Shown: piece after piece, positions 14,701-25,746 of the stretch
How the letters are laid out: every line of letters starts with the position of its first letter
How positions within the stretch are numbered: position 1 is the stretch's first letter
Assembly: GCA_964016885.1 (NCBI GenBank)
Contig: OZ024760.1
Coordinates: 28,706,001 to 28,770,000, forward strand
Direction: 5' to 3'
Length of the DNA: 64,000 nt
DNA from: Eledone cirrhosa
Lineage: Eukaryota
Program-made: the position numbers and the translations under genes
The notes under the pieces: model-generated
Seen by the model: the letters and a program-made list of their open reading frames with translations, nothing else
Database searches by the model: none
What the model was told of the DNA's origin: nothing

Positions 14701-16621
14701 AGTATCAACCACCACCAACCTGTTAGTCTGTTAGTATCAACCACCACCAACCTGTTAGTATCAACCACCACCAACCTGTTAGTATCAACCACCACCAACC
14801 TGTTAGTCTGTTAGTATCAACCACCACCAACCTGTTAGTATCAACCACCACCAACCTGTTAGTATCAACCACCACCAACCTGTTAGTATCAACCACCACC
14901 AACCTGTTAGTCTATTAGTATCAACCACCACCAACCTGTTAGTCTGTTAGTATCAACCACCACCAACCTGTTAGTCTGTTAGTATCAACCACCACCAACC
15001 TGTTAGTCTATTAGTATCAACCACCACCAACCTGTTAGTATCAACCACCACCAACCTGTTAGTCTGTTAGTATCAACCACCACCAACCTGTTAGTCTGTT
15101 AGTATCAACCACCACCAACCTGTTAGTCTATTAGTATCAACCACCACCAACCTGTTAGTATCAACCACCACCAACCTGTTAGTATCAACCACCACCAACC
15201 TGTTAGTCTATTAGTATCAACCACCACCAACCTGTTAGTCTGTGAGTATCAACCACCACCAACCTGTTAGTATCAACCACCACCAACCTGTTAGTATCAA
15301 CCACCACCAACCTGTTAGTCTGTTAGTATCAACCACCACCAACCTGTTAGTATCAACCACCACCAACCTGTTAGTCTATTAGTATCAACCACCACCAACC
15401 TGTTAGTCTGTTAGTATCAACCACCACCAACCTGTTAGTATCAACCACCACCAACCTGTTAGTCTGTTAGTATCAACCACCACCAACCTGTTAGTATCAA
15501 CCACCACCAACCTGTTAGTCTATTAGTATCAACCACCACCAACCTGTTAGTCTGTTAGTATCAACCACCACCAACCTGTTAGTTTGTTAGTACCAACCAC
15601 CACCAACCTGTTAGTATCAACCACCACCAACCTGTTAGAATCAACCACCACCAACCTGTTAGTATCAACCACCACCAACCTGTTAGTCTATTAGTATCAA
15701 CCACCACCAACCTGTTAGTCTATTAGTATCAACCACCACCAACCTGTTAGTCTGTTAGTACCAACCACCACCAACCTGTTAGTATCAACCACTACCAACC
15801 TGTTAGTCTATTAGTATCAACCACCACCAACCTGTTAGCATCAACCATCAGCAACCTGTTAGTCTATTAGTATCAACCACCAGCAACCGGTTAGTATCAA
15901 CCACCACCAACCTGTTAGTATCAACCACCACCAACCTGTTAGCATCAACCACCACCAACCTGTTAGTCTGTTAGTATCAACCACCACCAACCTGTTAGCA
16001 TCAACCACCACCAACCTGTTAGTCTGTTAGTGTCAACCACCACCAACCTGTTAGCATCAACCACCACCAACCTGTTAGTCTGTTAGTATCAACCACCACC
16101 AACCTGTTAGTATCAACCACCACCAACCTGTTAGTATCAACCACCACCAACCTGTTAGCATCAACCATCAGCAACCTGTTAGTCTATTAGTATCAACCAC
16201 CAGCAACCGGTTAGTATCAACCACCACCAACCTGTTAGTATCAACCACCACCAACCTGTTAGCATCAACCACCACCAACCTGTTAGTCTGTTAGTATCAA
16301 CCACCACCAACCTGTTAGCATCAACCACCACCAACCTGTTAGTCTGTTAGTATCAACCACCACCAACCTGTTAGCATCAACCACCACCAACCTGTTAGTC
16401 TGTTAGTATCAACCACCACCAACCTGTTAGTATCAACCACCACCAACCTGTTAGTCTATTAGTATCAACCACCAGCAACCGGTTAGTATCAACCACCACC
16501 AACCTGTTAGTATCAACCACCACCAACCTGTTAGTATCAACCACCACCAACCTGTTAGTATCAACCACCACCAACCTGTTAGTATCAACCACCACCAACC
16601 TGTTAGTATCAACCACTACCA
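8730..16621. repeat. 7.9-kb minisatellite of mixed 24-bp and 32-bp units (roughly 280 units)
   Basis: Unit tgttagtatcaaccaccaccaacc with or without an extra tgttagtc. Confidence 0.98.
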
Positions 16622-17079
16622 ATCTTTACATCTATTCTACCTGTGTACTACGTGTTCTATGATATTTCGAGCTTTCAGATGTGATCTTCTCAGGTATTCT
16701 TCCCTACCCCAGTATCTAGAGACTAATTATTCTGGTAGGAAAGTGATTGGAACTAATTTACTTTCAGGTTCTCTACCAGACTACTGGTGTCCACCATTTC
16801 GATATCAACACTCTAGAGACTTAGTCTTTCATTTCAAAGAGTTTCTACTTCCGATTGAAATTTTCTATGAATAATATTATGTAAGAGCTTTTTAAAGTTA
16901 TCGTCCAAATTTCACCATCATCATCATCACCATTACCATTTATTCATTCTTTTCCTTCCGCTCCCCCTCATTCTGAGTCACGGTGTTGGATTGACAGAAT
17001 TGGTAGAACATCAGACACCATGCTCTGAGGCATATAGTTATGTCTCTTTACGTTCTCAGTTCAAATCCCTGACTGATTT

Positions 17080-17250
17080 AAATAATTGTTTCTACTTTTG
17101 GAACCAGGCCAGCAAACACCCAGTGCATTACTGGTACTTTATTTTATCAACCCCGTAAGGATGAAAGGCAAAGTTAACTTCAGTGGGATTTGAACTCAGA
17201 ATGGCATGGCGTCCGACCCTATGCCGATACTGCCAATCCACCGCCCTAAT
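17080..17250 (-). mobile_element. SINE (gaggttaactttgcc family)
   Basis: Similar to 18688-18875. Confidence 0.7.
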
Positions 17251-17260
17251 TTAAATAATG

Positions 17261-17460
17261 TGGAAGCACATGGCCTAGTGGTAAGGGTGCTGAACTTATG
17301 ACTAATGTCATGGGTTCAATTCCTGGATTGGGTTGTTGTGTTCTTGAGCAAAACACTTCATTTCATGTTTCTCAGCTGAAAATGAGTACCTGTTGGGGGA
17401 GTAAACCCATGCAAGCATAGAAAAATGGATGCTAAACAGTGGTGATGATCATGATGGTGG
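17261..17460 (+). mobile_element. tRNA-derived CORE-type SINE, diverged
   Basis: tggcctagtgg A box, gggttcaattcc B box, ttcttgagcaaaacactt CORE-like segment, RTE-type tail. Confidence 0.7.
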
Positions 17461-17476
17461 TCAAGAAAGGATTTGA

Positions 17477-17741
17477 CCCTTTAGCATTTACATTACTCTA
17501 TATATACTATTGTATTTTCACAGTAAACACTTTATTTCACATAAATATCTCACATAATATCAAATCTATGAGATTTTGATATTATATATTTTGAGAACAA
17601 TACCTTAATGTCAATATGAATGGCCAGTTATGGCCAGTTTGAACAGGAAGAGGTGAGAGAATTCTGGCCAGATATGGCCAGTTTGAACAGAGAGAGGTGA
17701 GTGAATTTTGGCTGGATATGGCCAGTTTAAATGCTAAAGGG
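17477..17741. mobile_element. piggyBac-like MITE
   Basis: TIR ccctttagcattta / taaatgctaaaggg, flanked by TTGA and TTAA. Confidence 0.8.
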
Positions 17742-18138
17742 TTAAAAACTCTTTGAATTGATTTTTTGCTTTTGCAACAGATTTCTGATCAATAATATTA
17801 TGTGACCATTTTATCATTTTGTATATGAGTGGACTAAATTATTAAATATGTCCTTGCCATGTTAAGAAAATAGGGTGTGATTTGAGGAAGATTTAGCTGC
17901 TTTACAGACATTGTATTAGTTTATTTAAAGCAATAAATGTATGTAAAGGAAGCCATTTCATTAAAAAGCTTTGTCGTAAGCAGCTTTGCCATACATAATG
18001 GAATAATTCCTGTATTAGAAGCAGTTGATTGTTAGAACAGTAATGTATACTTCTGATAGTTTCTGCTACAGAGTTAATTCTCATTTTACCTTTTCAATAA
18101 TCTTCCTTTGATGTGGCAGTTGTTATCTTATCTATATA

Positions 18139-18240
18139 CAGGCTGTCACACAAAAACGTATACACATTTTGATTACCTGTACAGGCAATATTTATAAGAA
18201 TGCACAGCCTGTGTGTATACATGTTTTTGGGACATATTCT
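18139..18240. mobile_element. Tc1/mariner-type MITE (~100 bp)
   Basis: Imperfect TIRs ta|caggctgtc..aaaaacgtatacac / gtgtatacatgtttttgggaca; related copy at 43077. Confidence 0.55.
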
Positions 18241-18685
18241 GGTTAACTTTGATGAAGACACAATATGGAAATGATTGAAGCAATAATTTTTTTTTGTTTT
18301 ATTTATTCATTTTTATTTTTATTTTTGTTATTTTTTTTTGCAAGGAAAGACAAATAAGATTAAGAGGCATTTATGCATCTCTCAAGTGTCGTAAATGGAA
18401 AAATAATAATTGCGACTGGAAATGATATATTGAGAGTAATTGTAGCCTAATGAAGCAGCTAATTAGACAGTTGTTAGAGCATTGGTTGGTTGTTCGGGAT
18501 CTTTTATCCTTATGGGAGGGGGTGAGGGTTAAATTCAAGAAGTATTAACTCAGTGTTGGTAAAACCCCCTTTCTCCTTCTAGATGTCACACACACACACA
18601 CACACAAATATAATATAATATTATATATATATAACACACATAATATTGACACTAATATACACACACACAAATAAATAATATAATA

Positions 18686-19073
18686 TAATTGTTTCTACTT
18701 TTGGCACAAGGCCATCAATTACCCAGTGCATTACTGGTACTTTATTTTATCGACCCCGTAAGGATGAAAGGCAAAGTTAACCTCGGCGGGATTTGAACTC
18801 AGACCGTAAAGGGACGTAACTATGCTGGAAAGCATGGCGTCCGACCCTCTACCGATACTGCCAATCCACCGCCTAAATAATATAATATAATATTATTTTG
18901 GCAGTATCGGTAGAGGGTCGGACAACATGCTTTGTAGCACAGAGTTACGCCCCTTTCTGATCTGAATTCAAATCCCGCCGAGGTTAACTTTGCCTTTCAT
19001 CCTTACGGGGTCGATAAAATAAAGTACCAGTAATGCACTGCGTAATTGCTGGCCTTGTGCCAAAAGTAGAAAC

Positions 19074-19079
<6 letters not shown>
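18686..19079. mobile_element. Head-to-head inverted pair of SINEs forming a ~390-bp imperfect palindrome
   Basis: 18686-18862 is the reverse complement of 18900-19079. Confidence 0.85.
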
Positions 19080-19104
<25 letters not shown>

Positions 19105-19114
19105 ACACTTTTAA

Positions 19115-19301
19115 CCCTTTAGTATTTACATTACTCTATATTTACTATTATATTTTCAGGGTAAAGTCTTTGCCTTACATAATTATCTCACATAATATCG
19201 AATCTATGAGATTTTGAAATTATTTATTTTGGGAACAATATCTTAACATCAGTATGAGTGGTGAGAGAATTCTGATCAGATACAGTTTAAATGCTGAAGG
19301 G
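19115..19301. mobile_element. piggyBac-like MITE
   Basis: TTAA|ccctttagtattt..aaatgctgaaggg|ttac; same body as 17477. Confidence 0.75.
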
Positions 19302-19512
19302 TTACATACACACTCACGCTCACATATAATAACAACACTAATACATATGCACTTCAATTTGCGTTCCAAATCGTTACCAAGACTACCTAACAGTTTGTCT
19401 TGTTTAGCCCGGCATGTCAAACTTTTTTTCCCCTTTTCCATATAAAGTGTGAAACTAATAAGACTTTTTGTACCTCTGTTGGTTGTTTCCTTGAACTGTA
19501 TATATATATATA

Positions 19513-19889
19513 CGAGGGTAATCCCAAAAGTAAGGTCTCCAAAGCAATGGGGACGCAGAGAAACTTTGTATGGCTGTTGGCAACACTGTTGTGATTGGTG
19601 CTTCCTTCACTCCCAAACAAGCATGGGATGCTCAATCTTGGCTTGGCAGCAGTTGAGAATGGAGCTCCCGTTGAACGCTACCACCAAGTGCGAATTTCGC
19701 GCAATTATTATATAGAGGGCAATCCCAAAAGTAAGGTCTCCTTCCGAGAAAAACATGTGTAAAGATCGGCGGATCACTCTGGGTGCTCTCTGCATTTTGG
19801 TTCCTGAGGTTTCCTGAAGCACCATCCACAGGATTTTAACAGAAAAGTTGCAATATCGGAAGGAGACCTTACTTTGGGGATTGCTCTCG
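19513..19889 (+). mobile_element. Internally deleted mariner element with a third, internal TIR copy
   Basis: TA|cgagggtaatcccaaaagtaaggtctcc..ggagaccttactttggggattgctctcg|TA; transposase remnants KCEFRAII, DRRITL, STIHRILTEKLQYRK; extra TIR at ~19715-19742. Confidence 0.8.
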
Positions 19890-19909
19890 TATATATATAT
19901 GTACATATT

Positions 19910-19948
<39 letters not shown>

Positions 19949-19973
19949 CTATGTGTATATATATATATATATA

Positions 19974-20114
19974 TAGAAGTGGTTACACAACAGTTAGTTC
20001 ACCATACCGAGAACAATTGTTTCACCTTAGCGGATCCTCAGCTCGTAATGGACATGGTTATACTATAACAATTGTTCTCGGTATGGTGAACTAACTGTTG
20101 TGTAACCACTTCTA
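19974..20114. repeat. 48-bp perfect inverted repeat with a ~45-bp spacer
   Basis: tagaagtggttacacaacagttagttcaccataccgagaacaattgtt and its reverse complement. Confidence 0.92.
20008..20045 (-). ncRNA. Minimal type I hammerhead ribozyme
   Basis: CGAG CUGAGGA uccgcuaaggu GAAA caauug UU CUCG; palindromic stem III. Confidence 0.65.
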
Positions 20115-20240
20115 CCTAACTCGTCCCATGGACTGAGTGCTCTACCACTACAGATATTACCTTCCAGTGATCTACCTCTCTCTCTCCCTCTCTCTCTATA
20201 TATATAAGCAAAGAGTTATTTATTTATAAAACAACTTTTG

Positions 20241-20301
20241 TATTTCATCTGATGAGAGCGTACCAAAATGTTGGTACCCTTGAAATATATATAATAGCAT
20301 A
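20241..20301 (+). ncRNA. Type I hammerhead ribozyme, family A (stem I eroded)
   Basis: uauuucau CUGAUGA gagcguaccaa aaug uugguacccuu GAAA uauaua UA auagcaua. Confidence 0.65.
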
Positions 20302-20454
20302 AATATGGTTTTATAAATATAGTTTCCATTTATTAATATTATTGATTCATATATATGTTCATACATAGAACCAAAGTGGTACCTAAGGTTTCAAGGAACA
20401 ATATTGACCATATCTACAGATTGTAAGAGGGATCTTATATTCATTTGTAAGGGT

Positions 20455-20598
20455 TCATATATATATATATGTGTGAGTGTGGGGGGTGGGGAAGGGGGGG
20501 TATGTGTGTGTGTATATATATGCATGTGTGTATATATATATATATATGTTTGTGTGTATATATATGTATGTGTGTGTATATATGTATGTGTGTGTAAG

Positions 20599-20629
<31 letters not shown>

Positions 20630-20636
20630 ATATATA

Positions 20637-20667
<31 letters not shown>

Positions 20668-20930
20668 GTGCGTATGTGTGTGCGTATGTATATATGTGTG
20701 TGTATATATATATGTGTATATATGTGTGTGTGTATATGTGTGTGTGTATATATGTGTGCGTATATGTGTGCGTGTGTATATATATGTATGTGTGTGTGTA
20801 TATATGTGTATGTGTGTATATAAATATGTGTGTGTGTGTATATATGTGTGTGTGTGTGTGTGTATATGTGTATGTATATATATATATGTGTGTGTGTATG
20901 TATGTGTGTGTGTGTATGTGTATATATATA
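20455..20930. repeat. (TG)n/(TA)n microsatellite
   Basis: Directly visible. Confidence 0.95.
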
Positions 20931-21423
20931 AAACCCATGCAAGCATGGAAAATAGTTGTTAAGTGGTGATGATGATTATATATATAAAATGAATGAAACA
21001 GTCAGTCCTAACTCATCAGTGAATTGCTAGAGATAGGTTTTGTTGCTTTAAGATCAATACAAGTGGCTCTAGTGCAGAAGGGACATTAACAAATGGATAT
21101 ATGTTTATAGGTTGGAAACCTGAACAATACAAGGAACAGCTGTTAAAACAGCTAAACCCAGTCAATAACAATAGCATGGAAGTTGTGTAAAAATACTACT
21201 AAGGACAGGAATCAGTGGCCAGTGATTGCATTATCCTGTTAGTTTTTTAGTTACTTTGATATTGTGTGTTAGGTTTTGCCTACCACAATGTTCAATTTGT
21301 CAAGCTATTTAAACGTATTTTATTACTCTAAGGGCCTACCCTCATTGAGTGCTTTGCTAACTCATTCATATTGTAGGTCGACTTTGCTTGCCCAGAGCCC
21401 AAACTTCGATTTTACTAAGCTTC

Positions 21424-21499
<76 letters not shown>

Positions 21500-21527
21500 A
21501 TCAAAAGATGGTTAAAGGAGTTCCATG

Positions 21528-21598
21528 TATTTTATTATGCGCATTTCAAAAACAAACATCATCATGCAATAATATTTGTGTTTTCATCAGATAAAACA
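21528..21598 (-). ncRNA. Type I hammerhead ribozyme, family B (in element ~21495-21762)
   Basis: Same motif as 1813-1883. Confidence 0.8.
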
Positions 21599-21758
21599 GG
21601 AGAACATGATATGAAGGCTAAAAAACACTTGTGGATAGTGCAGTTTTAAATCAACATATGAAAAGTGGTTTTAGATTGATGTGTGATATTGGGAAAAATA
21701 TTTTATTTAGAGAGGGGGGGGGTGTGGAAAGGATGAAAAAGGATGAAAACTCACCTCC

Positions 21759-21828
<70 letters not shown>

Positions 21829-21896
21829 TATGTGTGTGTGTATATATATATGTGTGTGTGTATATATATATGTATGTGTGTATATATATATATATA

Positions 21897-23251
21897 TTCT
21901 TTTCATTGTACGGCAACTACAAGAGAAGTACCTAGCTGAAAGTAAACTCTTATACTTAGCTTTTGTTGATTTTGTTGACTTGGAGAAAGCCTTTGACAGA
22001 GTCCCCCATTCCATTATCTGATGGGCACTTAGAAAACTAGGTGTTGATGAATGGCTTGTGAGAGCTATACAAGCTATGTATAAAGAAACAGTCAGCAAGG
22101 TTAGAATTAACAACAAATATAGTGAAGAGTTTAGCGTAAAAGTTGGTGTTCATCAGGGCTCTGTTCTTAGCCTCCTACTATTTATTATTACCCTTCAGGC
22201 TATAACAGAGGAGTTCAAGACCGGCTGCCCATGGGAACTCCTATATGCAGATGATCTAACGCTCATAGCTGAATCAATGTCTGAACTAGAGAAGAAATTC
22301 CAAACATGGAAGCATGGCCTAGAATCAAAAGGCCTTAAAGTTAACTTGTCTAAGACTAAAGTTCTAGTTTGCAGGAAGGAAAATAGGGCACCGGCCCCAT
22401 CTGGGAAATGGCCATGCTCAGTGTGTAGGAAAGGAGTAGGCAGACACTCCATTTTATGTCCCAAATGTAAAGTATGAGTGTATAAAAGCTGTAGTGGGAT
22501 CACAGGTAAGCTAACTAAGAATATAGATTTTATATGTGGCCGGTGCTCTGGTGCAATAAGTAGTAGCAAGTGCCCACAGAATACTAGCTCATTCCATTGC
22601 GGGGGGAGAAATTAGGAATAAGAGGGATCAGATGTTGTTTACTCGAGAGAAAACTACGTTGGTACGGTCACGTGATGCGCATGAAAGATGACAGCTGTAT
22701 AAAAAAAGTGCAGGGTGATAAAAATAGACGGTAGCTACAGAGTAGGCAGACCCAGAAAAACCTGGGACGACTTGATAAATTCCAACCTCACATACTTACA
22801 CCTCTCCAAGACAATGTCACTGGACCGAGATCTTTGGCGCTACACAGTCATACAGAAGACCCGCCTTGCCTAAGTACAAAGCGAAACCTACATCAGTAGG
22901 CACCTCTAACAAAATACACCACCCCCGTTCCACTACCCCATCCTATCCACACCACCCCCTTAAATGTGAAGCTATGTTGGTACCACAACATCCAGTCCGA
23001 AACAAATGAGGTCGTGTAGGTGTCACGACAAAAAAACACAGTCCACGCTGTAATGTGGCCATTTAGGTAACACGGTAAAAACCTCCCAGTTCCACACTGT
23101 GAACGTGGTTGGTGTTAGGAAGGGCATCCAGCCGTAGAAAACCTGTCAGACAGTCCTATGCGAGCAGGACAATTAATCTTGCCTCAAGTGGGAAACCTCC
23201 CGTCCAAACCCATGCAAGCGTGGAAGATGGACGTTAAACGATGATGATGAT
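21897..23251 (+). mobile_element. 5'-truncated, internally deleted RTE LINE copy
   Basis: RT motifs [20 protein letters not shown]; in-frame stop; deletion near 22605 relative to the copy at 25-29 kb; (gat)n tail. Confidence 0.93.
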
Positions 23252-23292
23252 ATACAGTCGTAAATTGCAAACTTGACTGTCACCACTGAATA

Positions 23293-23331
23293 TGAACCTG
23301 AAGATTGCGAAAGTATGAAAGTACTTGTTCA
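23293..23331 (+). ncRNA. Minimal type I hammerhead ribozyme
   Basis: UGAAC CUGAAGA uugcgaaaguau GAAA guac UU GUUCA; 5-bp stem I, palindromic stem III. Confidence 0.65.
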
Positions 23332-23503
23332 ATTAACATTTAACACTTAATATTCTACCATACTATTTGATTATAATACCATTATAATTTTAAAGGATTG
23401 TAAATAAAACGAATAAATCAGACAAAGTTGGAATTCCTTCTATACACAATCATACACACCCATATATAATATAAGATCAAAAGATGGTTAAAGGAGTTCC
23501 ATG

Positions 23504-23574
23504 TATTTTATTATGCGCATTTCAAAAACAAACATCATCATGCAATAATATTTGTGTTTTCATCAGATAAAACA
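23504..23574 (-). ncRNA. Type I hammerhead ribozyme, family B (in element ~23465-23680)
   Basis: Same motif as 1813-1883; the element carries an inverted copy of its own end at 23627-23680. Confidence 0.8.
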
Positions 23575-23680
23575 GGAGAACATGATATGAAGGCTAAAAA
23601 ACACTTGTGGATAGTGCAGTTTTAAATCTTATCCGATATCTGCATTGCTTTATTGTACTACAATAAAACTCACCTCCTAC

Positions 23681-23681
23681 A

Positions 23682-23750
<69 letters not shown>

Positions 23751-24246
23751 GTGTGTGTGCGTATATATGTGTGTGTGTGTATATGTGTGTATATATGTGT
23801 GTGTGTGTATATATGTGTATATATATGTGTGTGTGTGTGTATATATATGTGTGTGTGTGTATATATATGTGTGTATATATATGTGTGTGTATATATATGT
23901 GTGTATATATATATATATGTGTGTGTATATATATATATGTGTATGTATATATATATATGTGTGTATGTATATATATATATGTGTGTATGTATATATATAT
24001 GTGTGTATGTATATATATATGTGTGTATGTATATATATATGTGTATATGTATATATATATATATATGTGTATATATATATATATGTGTGTATATATATAT
24101 ATATGTGTATATATATATATATATGTGTATATATATATGTGTATATGTATATATATATATATGTGTATATGTATATATATATATATGTGTATATGTATAT
24201 ATATATATGTATATATATATATATGTGTATATGTATATGTATATAT
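23681..24246. repeat. (TA)n/(TG)n microsatellite
   Basis: Directly visible. Confidence 0.95.
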
Positions 24247-25210
24247 TTCAAACCCCAATCCCTAATTCTAGCGTATCTTCAAAACAAAAAAGCAAAATCC
24301 TTTCCTTCTTCCTTCTTCGAAGGCACGGGGCGGTCAAACGCCTAACACCCACAGCCATCATGTGGCCCCCTACCCTCGCTCTCTCTCACTCTCTCTCTCT
24401 CTCCCTATAAATATATGATAGGAATTCACTTCGCCAAATTTCATTTCATTGCTTGCTGTCCCAACGAAATTCATGTAAACGTAATGTACAGACTTCATCT
24501 CTCTCTCTCTCTCTCCTAGCGTATTTTCAAAACAATCCATATTTCGTATCAAGTCCAAATAGCCAATCTATCGCTAAAACAAACTACATTTTCTGTTTCT
24601 ATTAAGTGCTAAATACGTAGGTTTTTGGACGTATTTAACAGAACAAATTTTGTATTTTTGTTAATCGCTTGTTAAATGCATGGACCCCACTCAATCATTA
24701 CCTTCTTGCTAGCTATTTTCAAACCTTAATTCCTAACGTATTTTCAAACCCCAATCCCTAATTCTAGCGTATCTTCAAAACAAAAAAGCAAAATCCTTTC
24801 CTTCTTCCTTCTTCGAAGGCACGGGGCGGTCAAACGCCTAACACCCACAGCCATCATGTGGCCCCCTACCCTCGCTCTCTCTCACTCTCTCTCTCTCTCC
24901 CTATAAATATATGATAGGAATTCACTTCGCCAAATTTCATTTCATTGCTTGCTGTCCCAACGAAATTCATGTAAACGTAATGTACAGACTTCATCTCTCT
25001 CTCTCTCTCTCCTAGCGTATTTTCAAAACAATCCATATTTCGTATCAAGTCCAAATAGCCAATCTATCGCTAAAACAAACTACATTTTCTGTTTCTATTA
25101 AGTGCTAAATACGTAGGTTTTTGGACGTATTTAACAGAACAAATTTTGTATTTTTGTTAATCGCTTGTTAAATGCATGGACCCCACTCAATCATTACCTT
25201 CTTGCTAGCT
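24247..25210. repeat. Tandem duplication of a 496-bp unit directly upstream of the RTE LINE
   Basis: tttcaaaccccaatccctaattc at 24247 and 24743; the copies look identical. Confidence 0.92.
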
Positions 25211-25249
25211 ACCCAACACCCCTCCCTCCCACACCCACACACCACCATT

Positions 25250-25340
25250 GCTATTACGTGGACCAATCATAAAACAGAGCCCCCACGCATCACCAGTATT
25301 ATTACGCGGACCAATCAGAAACCAGAGGCCTATACTATCG
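25250..25340 (+). promoter_or_regulatory. Putative LINE promoter: two tattacg(t/c)ggaCCAATca boxes and a TATA-like site
   Basis: Duplicated CCAAT-containing motif ~47 bp apart, 120-190 bp upstream of the likely ATG. Confidence 0.4.
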
Positions 25341-25441
25341 CTTGCCTGGTTGCCTTTCGATATACGATATATGATGGATGGATGGACAGCGGAATCCTGG
25401 AGAGTGGAGGTGAGAGAGAAAAATCTGGACGCTCAGCGACA

Positions 25442-25725
25442 ATGCCAAAGATAAAGACAAATTCACCCCTTGGACGAGAATGCGAGCACTCCTCATTGTT
25501 TCGACCGCGGACGGCTAACATAACCCCATCGCCCCCCGCCCCTCACCGCCCCCAACCCCCAAACGCAATCCAAAACTTCAGAGTTGGTACCATAAATGTA
25601 GGCACCCTAAAGGGTCGCGCTAACGAGGTTGTAGAAATGCTTGAACGTAAGGAGGTCGATGTTTGTTGTATTCAAGAGACCAGGTGGAGGGGTGGGTCTG
25701 CTAGGTTCATTGAGGGTAAAAAAAA
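25442..25725 (+). CDS. N-terminal part of the LINE AP endonuclease (upstream of the frameshift)
   Basis: FRVGTINVGTL and VDVCCIQETRW are APE motifs I-II; the frame changes at the A8 run 25718-25725. Confidence 0.8.
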
Positions 25726-25746
25726 CGTTGTTATAAGCTTTTCTGG

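Noticed and set aside
8730-16621. Telomeric repeat array
   Set aside because: Contains TTAG but no tandem TTAGGG or TTAGG
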